A DNA stretch of 64,000 nt, taken from NCBI GenBank assembly GCA_012295275.1, contig CM022672.1:29574001-29638000 (forward strand), given 5' to 3'. Made by a program: the position numbers and the translations under genes. This document shows, piece after piece, positions 26,701 to 40,621 of the stretch. The notes beneath the pieces are model-generated. The model was not told where the DNA came from and searched no databases. It saw only the letters and a program-made list of their open reading frames with translations. Origin of the DNA: Chrysomallon squamiferum (lineage: Eukaryota; Animalia; Mollusca). Position 1 is the first letter of the stretch; every line of letters starts with the position of its first letter.

Positions 26701-29640
26701 TAACATGATAAATCTTGGTATAATATAACAGTATATATTATATTCCAGCATTCTTTGAACTAGATAACAATATATATTTATTCTCTGGTATTTTTATTTA
26801 ATACGACAAACATTTTGTTCAATATAACATTATATATTTAACCACCAGTCTGATTATTTAGCCTGATAAACTTTTGTACAGTATAACAATATATATTTAT
26901 TTTACTTTATCATTATTTAACACGATGAGTCGTTCTACAAAATAAGAAAATATTTTTTGTTCCAGTATGGTTATTTACCTTTCTGAACCTTTATACAGTA
27001 TAACAATTTAGGTTTGTGTTACACTACGCTTATTTAACAGCATGAGTCCTTCTATGTTCCAGTATCGTTATTTAAATTGATGTCTTTCTACAATATAACA
27101 ATATATAATGTGATACTTCAGTATGGTTGTTTAATGTTCTAAACATTTGTACAGCATAACGATGTATATTTATGTTCAATTATCGTATTTAACACCATAA
27201 GTCTTCGTGCAAGATAACAGTGTATATTTATGTTGCAGTATCGTTATCTAAGACATAAGTCTTTATTCAATATATCAATATCTACTGGTGTTCCAGTATG
27301 GTTATCAAACGTTATGAGCCTTTGTACAGTATAGCAATATACATCTTTTATAGAGTCATTGCTGAACACGATACGACTTTGTGCAACATAATTATATATA
27401 TCTGTGTTCCAGTATCGTTATTTAACACGATAAACCTTTATACAATGTAAAGATATATGTTTTTATTCCAGTATTGTAAATCAACACGATAAACCTTTGT
27501 ATCGTTATGTAACAGGATACATCTTTGTACAAGGTAACAATATATATTTATGTTCCAATATGGTTATTTAACTTGATGAAAATTTGTACAGCATAACAAT
27601 ATATATTTCTTTTCCAGTACCGTTATTTTGCACGATTAATGTTTCTACAATATAACTATATATATTGGTTCTTCATCATTGTTATTTAACGTTATGAACA
27701 GTACAACAATTTATATTCATGTTCCAGTATCATTATTTAAAACGTACGATATATATATATATATAGATGTTCTAATATCGTTATTTAGCATGATATATCT
27801 GTGTACAAGACAACAATATATATTCATATTATAACATCGTTACTTAACTCGATAAGTGTTTGTACAGCAGAACGATATATCTTTGTACAACGTAACAATA
27901 TATATCTATTTCACGATATGATGATTTAGCATAATAACCCTTTGTACAATATAACAATGTATATTTATGTTCCATTATCGTTAGTTATCACGATAAGTCT
28001 TTGTACAACATAACAATATATATTTATGTTATAGTATGGCAATTAAACATGATAAAACTTTGTTGAATATTATAGTATATATTAAATTCCAGTATCGTTA
28101 CTTAACGTGATAAAACTTTGGAAAATATATGAATATATATGTTTATGTTAGAGAATCGTTATTTGACACGATAAGTCTTTGTACAATGTAGCAGTATATA
28201 TTTATGTTCCAGTATCGTTATTTAACACGATAAAACTTTGTACAATATAACATTTTATATTTGTGTTCCAGTCTGGTTATTTACCGTGATAAACTTTTAT
28301 ACAACATAACACTATATATTTATCTTCCAGTAGTTACACAACACGATAAGTCGTTCTACATGATAACAATATATATTTATGATCAGTATCGTTATTTACC
28401 TTTATGAACCTGTGTTGAGCATAAAATGTTTTTATGTTACAATATGATTATTTAATACGATTATTCTTCGTACAATATAACAAAACATATTTATATTCCA
28501 GTCTGTTTATTTAACGTGATGATCCTTTGTACAGAATAACAATATATATTTTTTGTTACGGTATGGTGATTTAACAGGATAGTCTTTGTAGAAGGCAACA
28601 CTATATATCTGCGATCCAGTATCGTTATTTAAGACGATGAACCTTTTTTACAATGTAACAATAGATATTTATGTTCCAGTAACGTTATTTATCACAATAG
28701 TATTTGTACAAGACAACAATATATATCTGTTTTCGAGTATCGTTATTTAACACGATCAATCTTTTTACAACATAACAATATACAATATTTTACAATATGT
28801 TACGATATGATGATTTAAGATGATAAAAGTTTGCACAATATAACAATGTATATTTATGTTCCAGTGTCTTTATTTAACACGATAAGTCTCGGTGCAATAT
28901 AACACTATATATTTACGTTCCAGTATCGTTTTTTAACATCATAAACCTGTGTACAAGTTAACAATATATATTTATGATCCAGTATTGTGAATTAATACGA
29001 TAAACTCTTGTACTGTTTTTGAAGACGATAAGTCTTTGTACAAGATAACAGTATATATTTACGTTCCACTATCGTTATTTAACACGATAAATCTTTATAG
29101 CAGACAGCAATCTATATTTATGTTACAGAATTGTTACTGAAGTCTTTGTACAACATAACAATATATATCTTTGTTACTGTATGGTGATTTAAGACCATAG
29201 TCATTTTACAAGACAACAATATATATTTGTGTTCCAGTTATTAACACAATGTAGATTTGTTCAATGTAACAATATATATTTATGTTACGGTATTGTGAAT
29301 TAACACGATAAACCTTTCTGTCGTTATTTATTTGTAACAGTATATATTTATATTTCATTATCGTTATTTGAAACGTTAGGTCTTTGTACAAGATAACAAT
29401 ATATATTTATGCTCCAGTATCATTATTTAAGACGATAAGACTTTGCTAACACAACAATATATATTAATTTAACTGTATCGTGAATTAACACGATAAACCT
29501 TTCTATCGTTTTTTAACACAATAAATCTTTATACAAAATAACAATGTGTATTCAGGTAACAGTATCGTTCTTTAACACCATACATCTTTGTACGATATAA
29601 CAATATATATTTATGCTCCTGTATCGTGAAATAAAATTGT
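23780..29640. repeat. Degenerate ~59-bp tandem satellite array
   Basis: Consensus ATAAGTCTTTGTACAATATAACAATATATATTTATGTTCCAGTATCGTTATTTAACACG, e.g. monomer starts at 28171 and 28230. Monomers are heterogeneous and the boundaries approximate. Confidence 0.93.
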
Positions 29641-29825
29641 ATGCCGCTATTGACAATGTTAATTACTATATAAATTGTTATTTTGTTCTGGAATTTACAG
29701 CTGTATCCGAAGTAGACAGCATCCGGATTAGTCAAAGATTTGTTCATAAAAGATTAACGGGAACATGCGTAATTTCTCCCCATTTCCATAATTCATATAT
29801 CAAAAATATTTCTTCTTTATTATAC

Positions 29826-29962
<137 letters not shown>

Positions 29963-30422
29963 ATCAGTTATTATTTTACAGCTTTATGTATTACACAATG
30001 GGTGCAGAAAACAAAGACCAATATAACAAAAAGTAAATAATAATACTCGATAAATATATAACTGGTTTGTTTACATTTTAAATAGAAATTAAATACAAAA
30101 ATAAACGAAATAAAAATGTATGATTAAAAATACAAATTTATTTATTTGTCTGCCTATCGTAGTTTCATCTTATACATAAATAAACAAACAACATAATTTG
30201 CTTACATATTTTATATAAATCTTAATGAAAGAAACTGGATAAAGACATCAAATAACAGTTGTTATTTTCATGTTCAAGAATCAGTAAATAAATATATAAT
30301 TTATCTTAGCAATTTTTATATACATTTGAAAACGAAATAAAAAAGTAACAAAAAGGAAAAAAGTATTAACGAACGAACAGAACTTAGTTTCCTGTCTAGT
30401 AAACTCGAAATATTACGTTATT

Positions 30423-33400
30423 TGTGAAATGCATTAATTGTAAGAAGTGTATGCGCCAGACGGGCGCAGTGTAGATTACCTGGTCGCAGGCTCAGTGTAA
30501 CAAGAAAGAATAAACAAATGAAATACGCTACACCATTAGTTAGCTTCATACATGGTGTCAGAAGTCGGATTGTAAGTGATCGCCAAGTCAACATTATAAG
30601 TTTGACGTAAAACGCTAGAAACGCCGCATTGTTAGACAAGGGCCCGAACTTGAATTGGGGCACGGATGACGGGCTTTTCAGACTTTTTTAAATTTGAAAA
30701 CAAAGATGCGAGCTACTGTTTACAAGTCCAATATCCTACATGAACGAAGGAATTAAATGTGCAGACCTCCTTTACGGAACAGGTGAATTAGGCCTAAAAC
30801 TTTGCAGTAGTTGGGGAATGTCCAACGAAGATGAAAATTTACTAATAAACTAGAAAGCAACGGCTCGAAATTTTCGCAAAACCTCAATCAAATGAGTTAA
30901 TGGCCTCCTGGTCACTGCATTATATTTCACAAGAAAATTTATGCAGAGAAGAATTTCGTGGCCAATTTACACACCATGACAAAGAAGCAGATTATCCTCC
31001 AGAACAGTACAACCGCTTCCTCAGAGACTTCTTTGTATTTGGCATAAATTCTGATCGTATGAGAAAAAAACTGCTTTGAAGAAGGTAACATACGAAATGG
31101 TCTTGACACTTTTAAAAGCAGAAGAATCTGCAAACAGACAGTTACAAAAAATAAACAAGTCCAAACAGAAGACATACACATAGTTAGGAATAACACAAAG
31201 TTCAAGAGAAACAGGGATAACAATTATAACCCATCTCAGGCAGAAACATAAACAGTCTATCTTTTCAACGTACACTGGATAGAACGTGTCGCAGTTCTGG
31301 AGGAAATATACATAAATGTGAACAGTGCCCAGCCAGAAATGCAAAATGTCACATTTGCCGAAAATTAGGACATTTCGCAAAATCTTGTCTCTCTAGTAAG
31401 AGAAAGCAGACCCATGGCATCAAAACTGAAGATGGCATTAACAGGTGACCATGTGTTCCTAGGATTAGTCGAAGCAACGCCACTAAATGGTACCATTAAC
31501 ATGATATCAAGCAAAGAGAAAGCGACACTTAATGTGCAGATGTCAGCACAAACACATGACAAACAGACTCAGGTTCAACCTAAGATTGACTCTGAAGCAT
31601 AAACAAACATTATGTCAGTGTTTGAACAGTTGTTTCCAAAACAACATGAGATGAATAAACCCGTGTTCAAGCCATCCGCTTATGGGGACATCGACATTCA
31701 CAACTTGGGGTTATGCCAGGTATATATGCAAACTTCAAAAACAACCGTCCCAAATAAGTCCAAAGAAAAGTCGTGAATGCAAATCGTCCTGCATTCATTT
31801 GGGATATTACAGCTCAGTATCTAAACTTGCTGAAATTAAACTGGCGAATTCGCGGGGATTGGTCGTTTTCCACGGACTGTATATCACTTTGAGAAAGACC
31901 CGGATGTTCCATTTGTACAACATCCACCTAGGCAAGTACCCATGCATGTGCATTCAGTCTATAAAAATGAGCCGACAAAGACTGCAGGAACTAGGAATCC
32001 TACAACACGTTCAAAATGAGTAAACTCAATGGTAAACTCAACAGTGGTAAAGATCAAAGCCATATGGATCCTCGAGATCTAAACAAGGAAACCAAACGAA
32101 ATCCATATTACGTGCACACAATTTATGATATCATACCAAAAGTTATTGGTGCCACACATTTCAGTATCTGGATGCTCGGAATGGATATTGGGAAATTGGC
32201 ATTGATGAACAAAGCAGTAATCTCTGTACATTTGATACGCCACGGGGAAATTACCGCTGGACGAGACTACCATTTAGCTTAATGGTGAGTGGTGATGGGT
32301 TCCAGGAAAAGATTGACACCGTATTTGGAATGAACTAAATAGTATAGAAGGTGACACATTCGTACAGTGTAAAAGAGAAAGGATTCACGACACGAATATT
32401 CTCAGCACTCTCGATACAGCTCGTGAAAATGGTGTTAAATTGAACCCAGACAAATTCCAGTTCAAGTGTCAAACAGGTAGATTACGTACTGATGCAGGAT
32501 AACAAATCTGTATTCTATGTCAATCGATCGCTCGCCGATGCTGAGTCAAGATACAGGAATACAGAACGGGAATCCCTTCTGCATGTCGGGCTCTAGAAAA
32601 TTAACCATTATGTCTGAAGTAATCTAGTCATCGTGGAAACTAAGCCATTAGTAAGCATATGCAAAAAGAGAGTACTGCAAGTGCATATCCCAGGTTATAG
32701 CGTCTGCTGCTCAGAATGTTAAAATATGATATTGAAGTTCAATACATCAAAGGGAAGTCAAATATGATGGCTGACGCATTGTCACGTGCAAATTACATGA
32801 AAAAAAGATTTTGACAATAGAGTACCAATGATTGAAATTGTCACTATTACAAGTAGTCTTCCCGCATCCCTAGCCAGACTGGAAGAAATCCGTCAGTGTC
32901 ATTTAAAAGACATATATACTGGAGTTCGCCAGAATATAGAGGTTATTGTCCGCCTGATCTGAAAGAATAGTAGACTTTCAGAGAAGATTTAAGTGTCGAG
33001 AATGGCTTGGACTTAAAAGGACACCGCCTAGTAAACCCAGACAAACTGCGTCCTCAGATACTTAATATCATCATCCATCACGGACATCTTGCGTCTGAGA
33101 AATGCCAGCTCAAGGCTAAAGATTGCTTCTTCTGGCCTGTTATCTCAAAAGGTATTAAAAGGATGACTGCCTCATGTAAAACATACATGCAGTTCTCGAA
33201 ACGAGCAGCCCAGGGAAACATTGTTTCCACACAGCGTGACAAGCTAACCATGGCAAAAGGTAGGGTCTGATCTATTTGAGTACCAATGAGCACAGTACCT
33301 AATCACAGCTGATTACTACAGCAAATTCCCAGTGGTCCAAAAATTACAAACCACTCCATCGACATATATACAACAGATAAATTCCATATGGTACTGATCG

Positions 33401-34372
33401 TAAAAAAAGACTTATTGAAGAAATTTCAAAGTTCCGGACAACATCCATATCTGGTCTTGTTGGCGTTCCGAACTATTCCGATCGGCAACAAATTAGCAGC
33501 ACCAGCCAAACCGCTCAACGCCTCCAGTCAGATAATTCAAATGTTGAACAGCTTCAGCATCGCCAAAAACATCCAGATTACCAACATGATAAAAAAAGTC
33601 AAGTGACTTAAGTAAACTTGCTCCAAGAAAAAATGTTGTTACGTACCAACCGACATCATTTACCTGGATTACAGCTGAAATAAAAGATTCTCGAAGACAC
33701 TCAAACCATTCATTGTGGAAAGTGCTAACGGAGTGGAATATCGTCGGAACAGTTCACAGCTTAAGCCGATGAAGGCCAAACCACCTGGTGGCGAAACTCT
33801 ACAAGCCGACAGCGAAACACAACTGCCTGACAACCCAGGGAACAGCACAAGATTCAAGGAGGTCACATGCTTGACCTTCTGAACCACGAATATGTGCAAC
33901 TAGAAGTGGTCGAGTTGTGAAGTCGTCTCTATGATTAGACTTGTAGTGGCCAAACAGTATTATTACAACTAAGAATAATCTAGTCAAATATTAGTAAGTA
34001 CTCTATGAAAATGTTCCAAAACAAGGACAAGACTGTAACCAAATTAGTTTTATTGATATCAGAATTTACAGTATTAGAATGTGTCCAAGAAACATGAGAT
34101 ACTAATAGTTCTTTTTATTATTTTGAACATAAATTTCTTAAAGCGCTTCATGTTTTTAACAAAAGCTAATTATTATACAATTGGTACTGCATTTAAAAGT
34201 AAGAATATTAATTAAGAGTAGTAGAATGATTTATATTTTTTTAATTATTTTTTTTAATATTATTTTCTAAAAGATAGAGATGTGAAGTGCATTAATTGTA
34301 TGAACTACGGTACTGGCAGGTACGCGCCAGACATGCGTAGTGTAGACTACCGGCCTAACACGACAAGGTCGC
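30423..34372 (+). mobile_element. Decayed Ty3/Gypsy LTR retrotransposon
   Basis: 5' LTR TGTGAAATGCATTAATTGTA...TTCATACA (30423-30552); PBS TGGTGTCAGAAGTCGGAT (30553-30570); purine tract AAAAGATAGAGA then 3' LTR TGTGAAGTGCATTAATTGTA from 34281, cut by a TA/CA/GA microsatellite. Fragmented RT (DPRDLNK, LDARNGYW, TFDTPRGNYRWTRLPF), RNase H (SRYRNTERE) and integrase (HHGHL..EKC...FFWP, ADYYSKFP) in RT-RH-IN order, with many stops and frameshifts. Confidence 0.9.
30553..30570 (+). promoter_or_regulatory. Primer-binding site complementary to a tRNA-Leu 3' end
   Basis: TGGTGTCAGAAGTCGGAT directly after the LTR-terminal CA; one mismatch to the complement of the metazoan tRNA-Leu end (...ATCCCACTTCTGACACCA). 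Confidence 0.8.
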
Positions 34373-34514
<142 letters not shown>

Positions 34515-35195
34515 TATAACTACATAATATTTACAAAATAGTATTTTGTTGTAATTATTCGTAGTATTAGTAGTATTATTATAATGTGTATCGTTATTCA
34601 TTCGTATTGTTTAAAAAACATGATACTCGCCAGTTCTGTATTCAAGTTTAAACAGGATGTATTTTGGCGGGGAGAAGTAAATTTAATTTATCGACTAAGA
34701 ATAATAACATTTACTGAATTAGATTAGTTACGGAGGTTGGGTTTATGTTATATTATTTTCTATTACCAAAATGTTTTCTATTTTGTTGTTTTTTGAACTT
34801 ACAGATTATTTCTCTAGTGTGCCGCAATCCGTTATTATTACTGTTGTTTTTGTCTTGTTGTTGTTAGTGTTGTTGTTATTAATATTATTGTTATTATTAT
34901 TTCTTTATTGTTGTTGTTGACTGTGTAATTATTATTACTATTATTATTATTTTTATTATTATTATTATTATTACTATTATTACTGTTTGCTTACAATGTA
35001 GAAAATGTTCTATTCACAGAAATGAACGATGTTCTTTGAACCCCTCTCTCATTACTACATACAAACAACAAAACATAGTAACTGATATGTTAAAAAACGT
35101 GACTAGATACTGAGTTATAACTACAGAATATTTACAAAAATGTATTTTGTTGTAATTATTATTAGTATTATTATTATTTTTATTATAATGTATAT

Positions 35196-38100
35196 TAGTC
35201 CGGTTGCCAAACCCCAGATTTTTGGAGAACCTTGCAATACAGTCCGTACAAAGTTTTTTTGCTGTTTCTATACCTCCGAGATGTGCTCTTTAAGAATCTG
35301 AATGATGCCACTCTGTCATCCTTGGGCAATCCGCACAATATGCAAATTAAGGCCGCCATTACTGAAAATCTCGTTTTCGTCAATATCTCAGTAACTATGC
35401 ATGGTATCAAAATAATTTTGGTATCTATCCCCACGTTTTGAGGGGTAAAGAATCAGATTAAGCCATTTCAGTCAAGATCACACCAATATTTTGTGCTGAA
35501 TAGGCATATTAAGGCCGCCATTACTGAAGATCTCGTTTTCGTCAATATGTCAGTAACTACACATGGTATGAAAATAATTTTGGTGTCTATACACATGTTT
35601 TTAGGGGTAAAGAATCAGATTAAACCATTACAGTATTGATCACACCAATATTTTGTGCAAAATATGCAAATAAGGACCGCCATTATTGATAATATCAGTA
35701 ATAGCGGCCTGGCTCGCACATGTCTTCGCTTCCAGGTAGAGCTGAAAGATGGAAGGGTGCTGCATCTTTTGTAAAGAAGATGGAAGCAAGAAGGAACTTA
35801 GCGTCGCAGGGACTGACAGGATACAGACTATCACTGAATCAAGTAAACGGAGATTTGATGATCTCCATGAAGTTCTTGAAACTAGACTGTTGGCAGACAA
35901 AGATTTAGAGGTGCTTTGTCATAGAGATTGTGTATCCACATATACATCCAAATCTACTTCAAGAGACACTTGAATAAACTGAGCGCATCAAAAGGTTCTG
36001 AAGAGTTATCTGCAGGAAAACGTCTGCGTCGGTCCGGATCGACAACCTTCAACTTCAGGCAACATTGCCTTTTCTGCGGTGAGGAATGCCTTGACATTGA
36101 TCCTAAGCATCCGTATCGTTGGCGCAGGGTTGTTCTTTGTAGGTCAGCGGGCCGTGGTGAGGGGAGAAAGACTTTTAAGGAAACCCTTCTAGATGTCTGT
36201 AGATCTCGTCACGACGACTGGTACGCGAGGTAGAGACACGTTTGGCTGGGGCAGTGAGTGATCTGCATGCAGCAGATGGTAGATGCCACACAGACTGTTA
36301 CAAAAAGTTTTGTTCACCTCGGTCAGTGAAGTCAGCTTGAGCAGCATCTAGTAGTAGCCAAGAGGAGGTGGATGTGGCTTTTGAAACGACAGTCAGTGCA
36401 GTGAGAGCAGAATCATCGCGAGTGTGGAATTCCATCGAAGTATACGACCTATACCAGTCCAATGGTGGAAGAGACATTAGCCGCCGAACCTTAGTCTCCA
36501 AGTTTTTATAATACTTTTGTTAGGATCTTCTTGTGCTGAGTGGCACAGGTGTTGCTAGTCTGCTCGTGTTTCGAAGTAAAGCATCCAGTTTGTTGAGATT
36601 AGTGCCGAGCAGTGATGAAGATGATGTTGAGATTGGACTGGAAAAGGTTGCTCAACAGATTATCCATGATGTAAAGGAATCATTAGTTGATGACAAGAAC
36701 TATCATGCCAGAGTTGATATGGACATTGCCCTTGACTGTGTCAGTTCCACTTTGTTATCCTTGCTATCAAAGCTTTCTACAAAGTTGGACCACACCTTAC
36801 CAGCCGCTCTCATCGGAAACATTGTTACTAATGCCATAAGTGGTAGATTCACAACCCTCCAGATTGCGCTCGGTGTTGTCTTAAACAGGAAAGGGTTGAT
36901 TGAACAATTTTATGACTTCCTTGCATCTAGCAACTATGATGAAGTTAAAAGCATCGGCAGCAGCAGCAGCTGTAAGCAATGCATCGTTAAGAGGACATGT
37001 CCATGCTGAAGACAATCTTATTCAGGTTGTCTCTGACAATTTCGATGCACAGATTTCATCACAGAATGGGCTCCTCTCCACGCACTCTTTCGCAATGCTA
37101 CTGACATCTGTAGATAAGCATGGTAAGTATGATCCCGATGGCCAGACCTTTCGCCGCATAAGAAAGGACGAGATGAAAGAAGAGATTATCGATGATATCC
37201 CCGTCCAGAGATACTATGGTCCTAAGAAGCCAGACATGCCTTCAAGTGAAGTGAATCGTTCGGTCTTACCGCTTCGAGTAATGGCGCACCAAGTCGTTGC
37301 TTTGGAAAGGGCCCGCCATTTGGACTTCGTGTTCTTTAAGTGTGTTGCCACAAGCACGAACCCTATCAAGTTCAGTGGCTTCAACACCAAGTTGTGTAGA
37401 GAGGGCAGAGTGTGAAACCAGCGACAAAGGCAGTCTATCTGCCATTGATTGATATGAATCCAGCCCACCCGGACTCCATGCTCACAGCCATGAGCGAAGC
37501 TCAACGTCTAACGAAGGAATATGGACAGGACATTACTATTCTGACAACTGATCAGCAGCTCTACAGAGTGGCAGTCATTGTGAAATGGGTTTACCCAGAG
37601 GGATTTTCGGATTTCATACCAAGGCTCGGGGGCATGCACATGCTCATGAGTTTTATTGGCTGTGTTGGCGTATTGAAGGCAGACAGTGGACTTGAGGATA
37701 TCATGAAATCGTGTTTTGGAGGTGTGGCACATATGCTGTCGGGGAAGAAGTTCCCACAGAACTTTAGAGCCCTTCGGTTAGTGACAGAAGAACTGTTGCG
37801 TGCACATCTGGAAGGATGCGAACGTCATGAGGAGATGCTTGGAGCGCTTGAAAGCATCTCCTTAAGAAGCATCACAACTCGCCTCTGGGTTCAGAACCTG
37901 ATAAAACCTGTTTTCATCATGATGGTCTTCGTGCGGGCGGAACGAGAGGCAAACTGGCCACTCCACCTCTGGGCAATAGAGCAAATGATACCATACTTTT
38001 TTGCCTCTGCTCACTTCAGCTACGCGAGATACGGGTTGTACTACCTGAGTACAATGAAGCGTCTCCCACCTGAAGTGCTTCAGAGCTTCATGAGAGGTGA

Positions 38101-40621
38101 ACACACCATGCGTCACAAGCCGGAACTGCGGAACAGGATCTGGTCCGATATATGGATAGAGACAACCTTCATGCGTTACGGGCATGGTCCAAATGGAAAC
38201 CAAGGCATAACCCTGAATCCCGAAACCCTAAAACGATGGGCATACAGTATGCACACCTGCAGCATGATCGTTCAAGATATCCAATGTAGAGAGGGAGGTG
38301 ACGAGTCATAAAGAAGAGAAGCCATCATGCATCACTTCGGATATCAAGGAGAGAGACAAGATACGAGATAAACTTCTGACTTGCATCCATCCCCTGGATC
38401 CAACTGGTCATCCCGCTGGTTTGATCTATGTCGTTACTGGTCGGATTGCACCTGAAACGGTGAACGCACATGACGCAGTGGATATTGGGAATGGTCAACT
38501 TGTGTCATTTGAAAAGAGCTGGAATGCATCCTTATCCAAGTTGATGGTGACCATGGCATTGAAGAGAAAGGCAGTAAGGGTTGGGAAAAATAATGTGTAT
38601 GACACAAATCTCATCTACTCGCGGATACTAGGGTTGCAACAGTCTCGAGACATTGATATCAAAACTGTCCTTGCGCATGAACTGTCACCCGTGCCTACCT
38701 CAATGTTTGATGATGAAGGCAAAATGAGAATCGCAACTACGAAATCAGCGTTGAAGAAGAAGCTGCAGGTGACTGTGTCCCAGCGTTTGGTTGAGAAATC
38801 AGAGGTAGAAATACTTTGGGTTATAAACTGGCCTAATCAAGGAACTGTGGCAGATTTTGTCAACGGCTTCACGAGGAATGTGATGAAAAGAGTGGCAAGC
38901 CAGGACACAAACCTGATCTTTGATCGCTACTTCGACTTCAGCATTAAAAGTGGAACGCGGGCAGCTCGAGCTGGTGACGAAGCGAGCCGACACAAACTGC
39001 AGTTACATACTCCATTGCCACCCCAGAAGGTTGTCCTTACAGTAACTGAGAATAAGGTACAGGTCATAGATCTGATATGTCAGAATCTGATCTAGAAAGC
39101 ACAGGACGAGCCGAATGAACACAGTCTGGTCATTACCTCTACTGACTCTGTACCAGTTGTAATTCAGGATGGCATTGTCTTCCGTAGGGAAGATCTCATG
39201 ACTTGCCATGAAGAAGCGGATTCAATAATCATACAGCAGATGGTTAAGGCAGCTGAAAGTGGCGTGAAAAGAATCAACATCGTATGTGAGGACACAGACA
39301 TTTTTGTCCTCCTGCTGCACTTCTACGCAAAGTTGAACCTGACCTGTCCTCTTAGAATGGAAGGACCAAGTGCTGAACGAACTACTATAGACACTGGGGC
39401 AACTGCAAGTGAACAGGGACACTTGCTTTCACAACTGCCAGCCGCCCATGCCCTCTCAGGCTGTGACACTGTGGCTCAATGCTTCGGAGTAGGAAAAAAC
39501 ACCGTCATCAAAGTCCTTAAAAGTGGTGTAGAACTGCTCAAATTGGGCGTATTATCTGAGGGCATAGGTGACATCATTGTAGAAGCGACAACATTCATGG
39601 CTGCCTGCTACGGGGTCAAAAGCTTGGTGACATCGAACATGTCTGAGGTCCGTGGAGAAGTCTGGTCGCGAAGAATGGGAAGAACAAATTTGACAAAGGT
39701 CCAGAACTTAAGTCACTTCCATCTTCTAAAGAGGCATTCGAAGAGAACGTAAAGCGGGCGCACATTCAGACTGCCATTTGGAAATCAACTCTCAACTCAG
39801 AACCTCCAGCATTAGATCCTGTCGAGTTCGGATGAGAACGTGACGAACGCAATAGATGCTTGATCCCAACAGATGCTTGCAACCAAACATTAGTGTTGCT
39901 CCACCGGAGGTTTTGGAAATGATAAGGAGTGGTTGTGCTAAGGATACACCCTGTTCGACAGCAATGTGTGAATGCTATACAGCTCAATTGCCATGCACAA
40001 TGTTTTGTGGATGTCACGGAGAAGCACACTGCCGGAATGAGCACACCCGACGGGTTGATGACTGTGACAATGTTGTTGAAAGTGACTTGTTTGAGGACTG
40101 AGTCAAATCAGTAATTGCAACATGCATCAGCATAAGTAAAGGGGATGTTCTGTAAAGACTCAATTATACACTGAAGATGATTTTTGCATATTTTGCACAA
40201 AATATTGGTGTGATCAATACTGTAATGGTTTAATCTGATTCTTTACCCCTAAAAACATGTGTATAGACACCAAAATTATTTTCATACCATGTGTAGTTAC
40301 TGAGATATTGACGAAAACGAGATTTTCAGTAATGGCGGCCTTAATATGTCTATTCAACACAAAATATTGGTGTGATCTTGACTGAAATGGCTTAATCTGA
40401 TTCTTTACCCCTTATTTTGATACCATGCATAGTTACTGAGATATTGACGAAAACAAGATTTTCAGTAATGGTGGCCTTAATTTGCATATTGTGCGGATTG
40501 CCCAAGGATGACAGAGTGGTATCATTCAGATTCTTAAAGAGCACATCTCGGAGGTATAGAAACAGCAAAAAAACTTTGTACAGACCGCAATGCACGCTTA
40601 TCGGTCCCTGCCACCGGACTA
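35196..40621 (+). mobile_element. Academ-type (AcademX) DNA transposon, full length but mutated
   Basis: Termini TAGTCCGGT...ACCGGACTA, 3-bp TAT target duplication and long sub-terminal inverted repeats (~35240-35670 / 40183-40590). The internal coding region has the transposase + XPG nuclease + Cys-rich architecture described for Academ; the superfamily call is from recalled family features. Confidence 0.8.
35749..40101 (+). pseudogene. Disrupted ~1450-codon transposase/XPG-FEN1-like nuclease/CXC zinc-finger ORF
   Basis: Consecutive + strand ORF pieces: CIFC and CLFC N-terminal motifs; DNFD, DQQLY, RLGGMH, YARYG, SDIWIE core; IFDRY, HEEADS, EDTDIFVLL, LSGCDT, GVGK nuclease/H3TH motifs; C-terminal GC..PC...CEC...LPCTMFCGC. 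Several frameshifts and stops. Confidence 0.85.
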
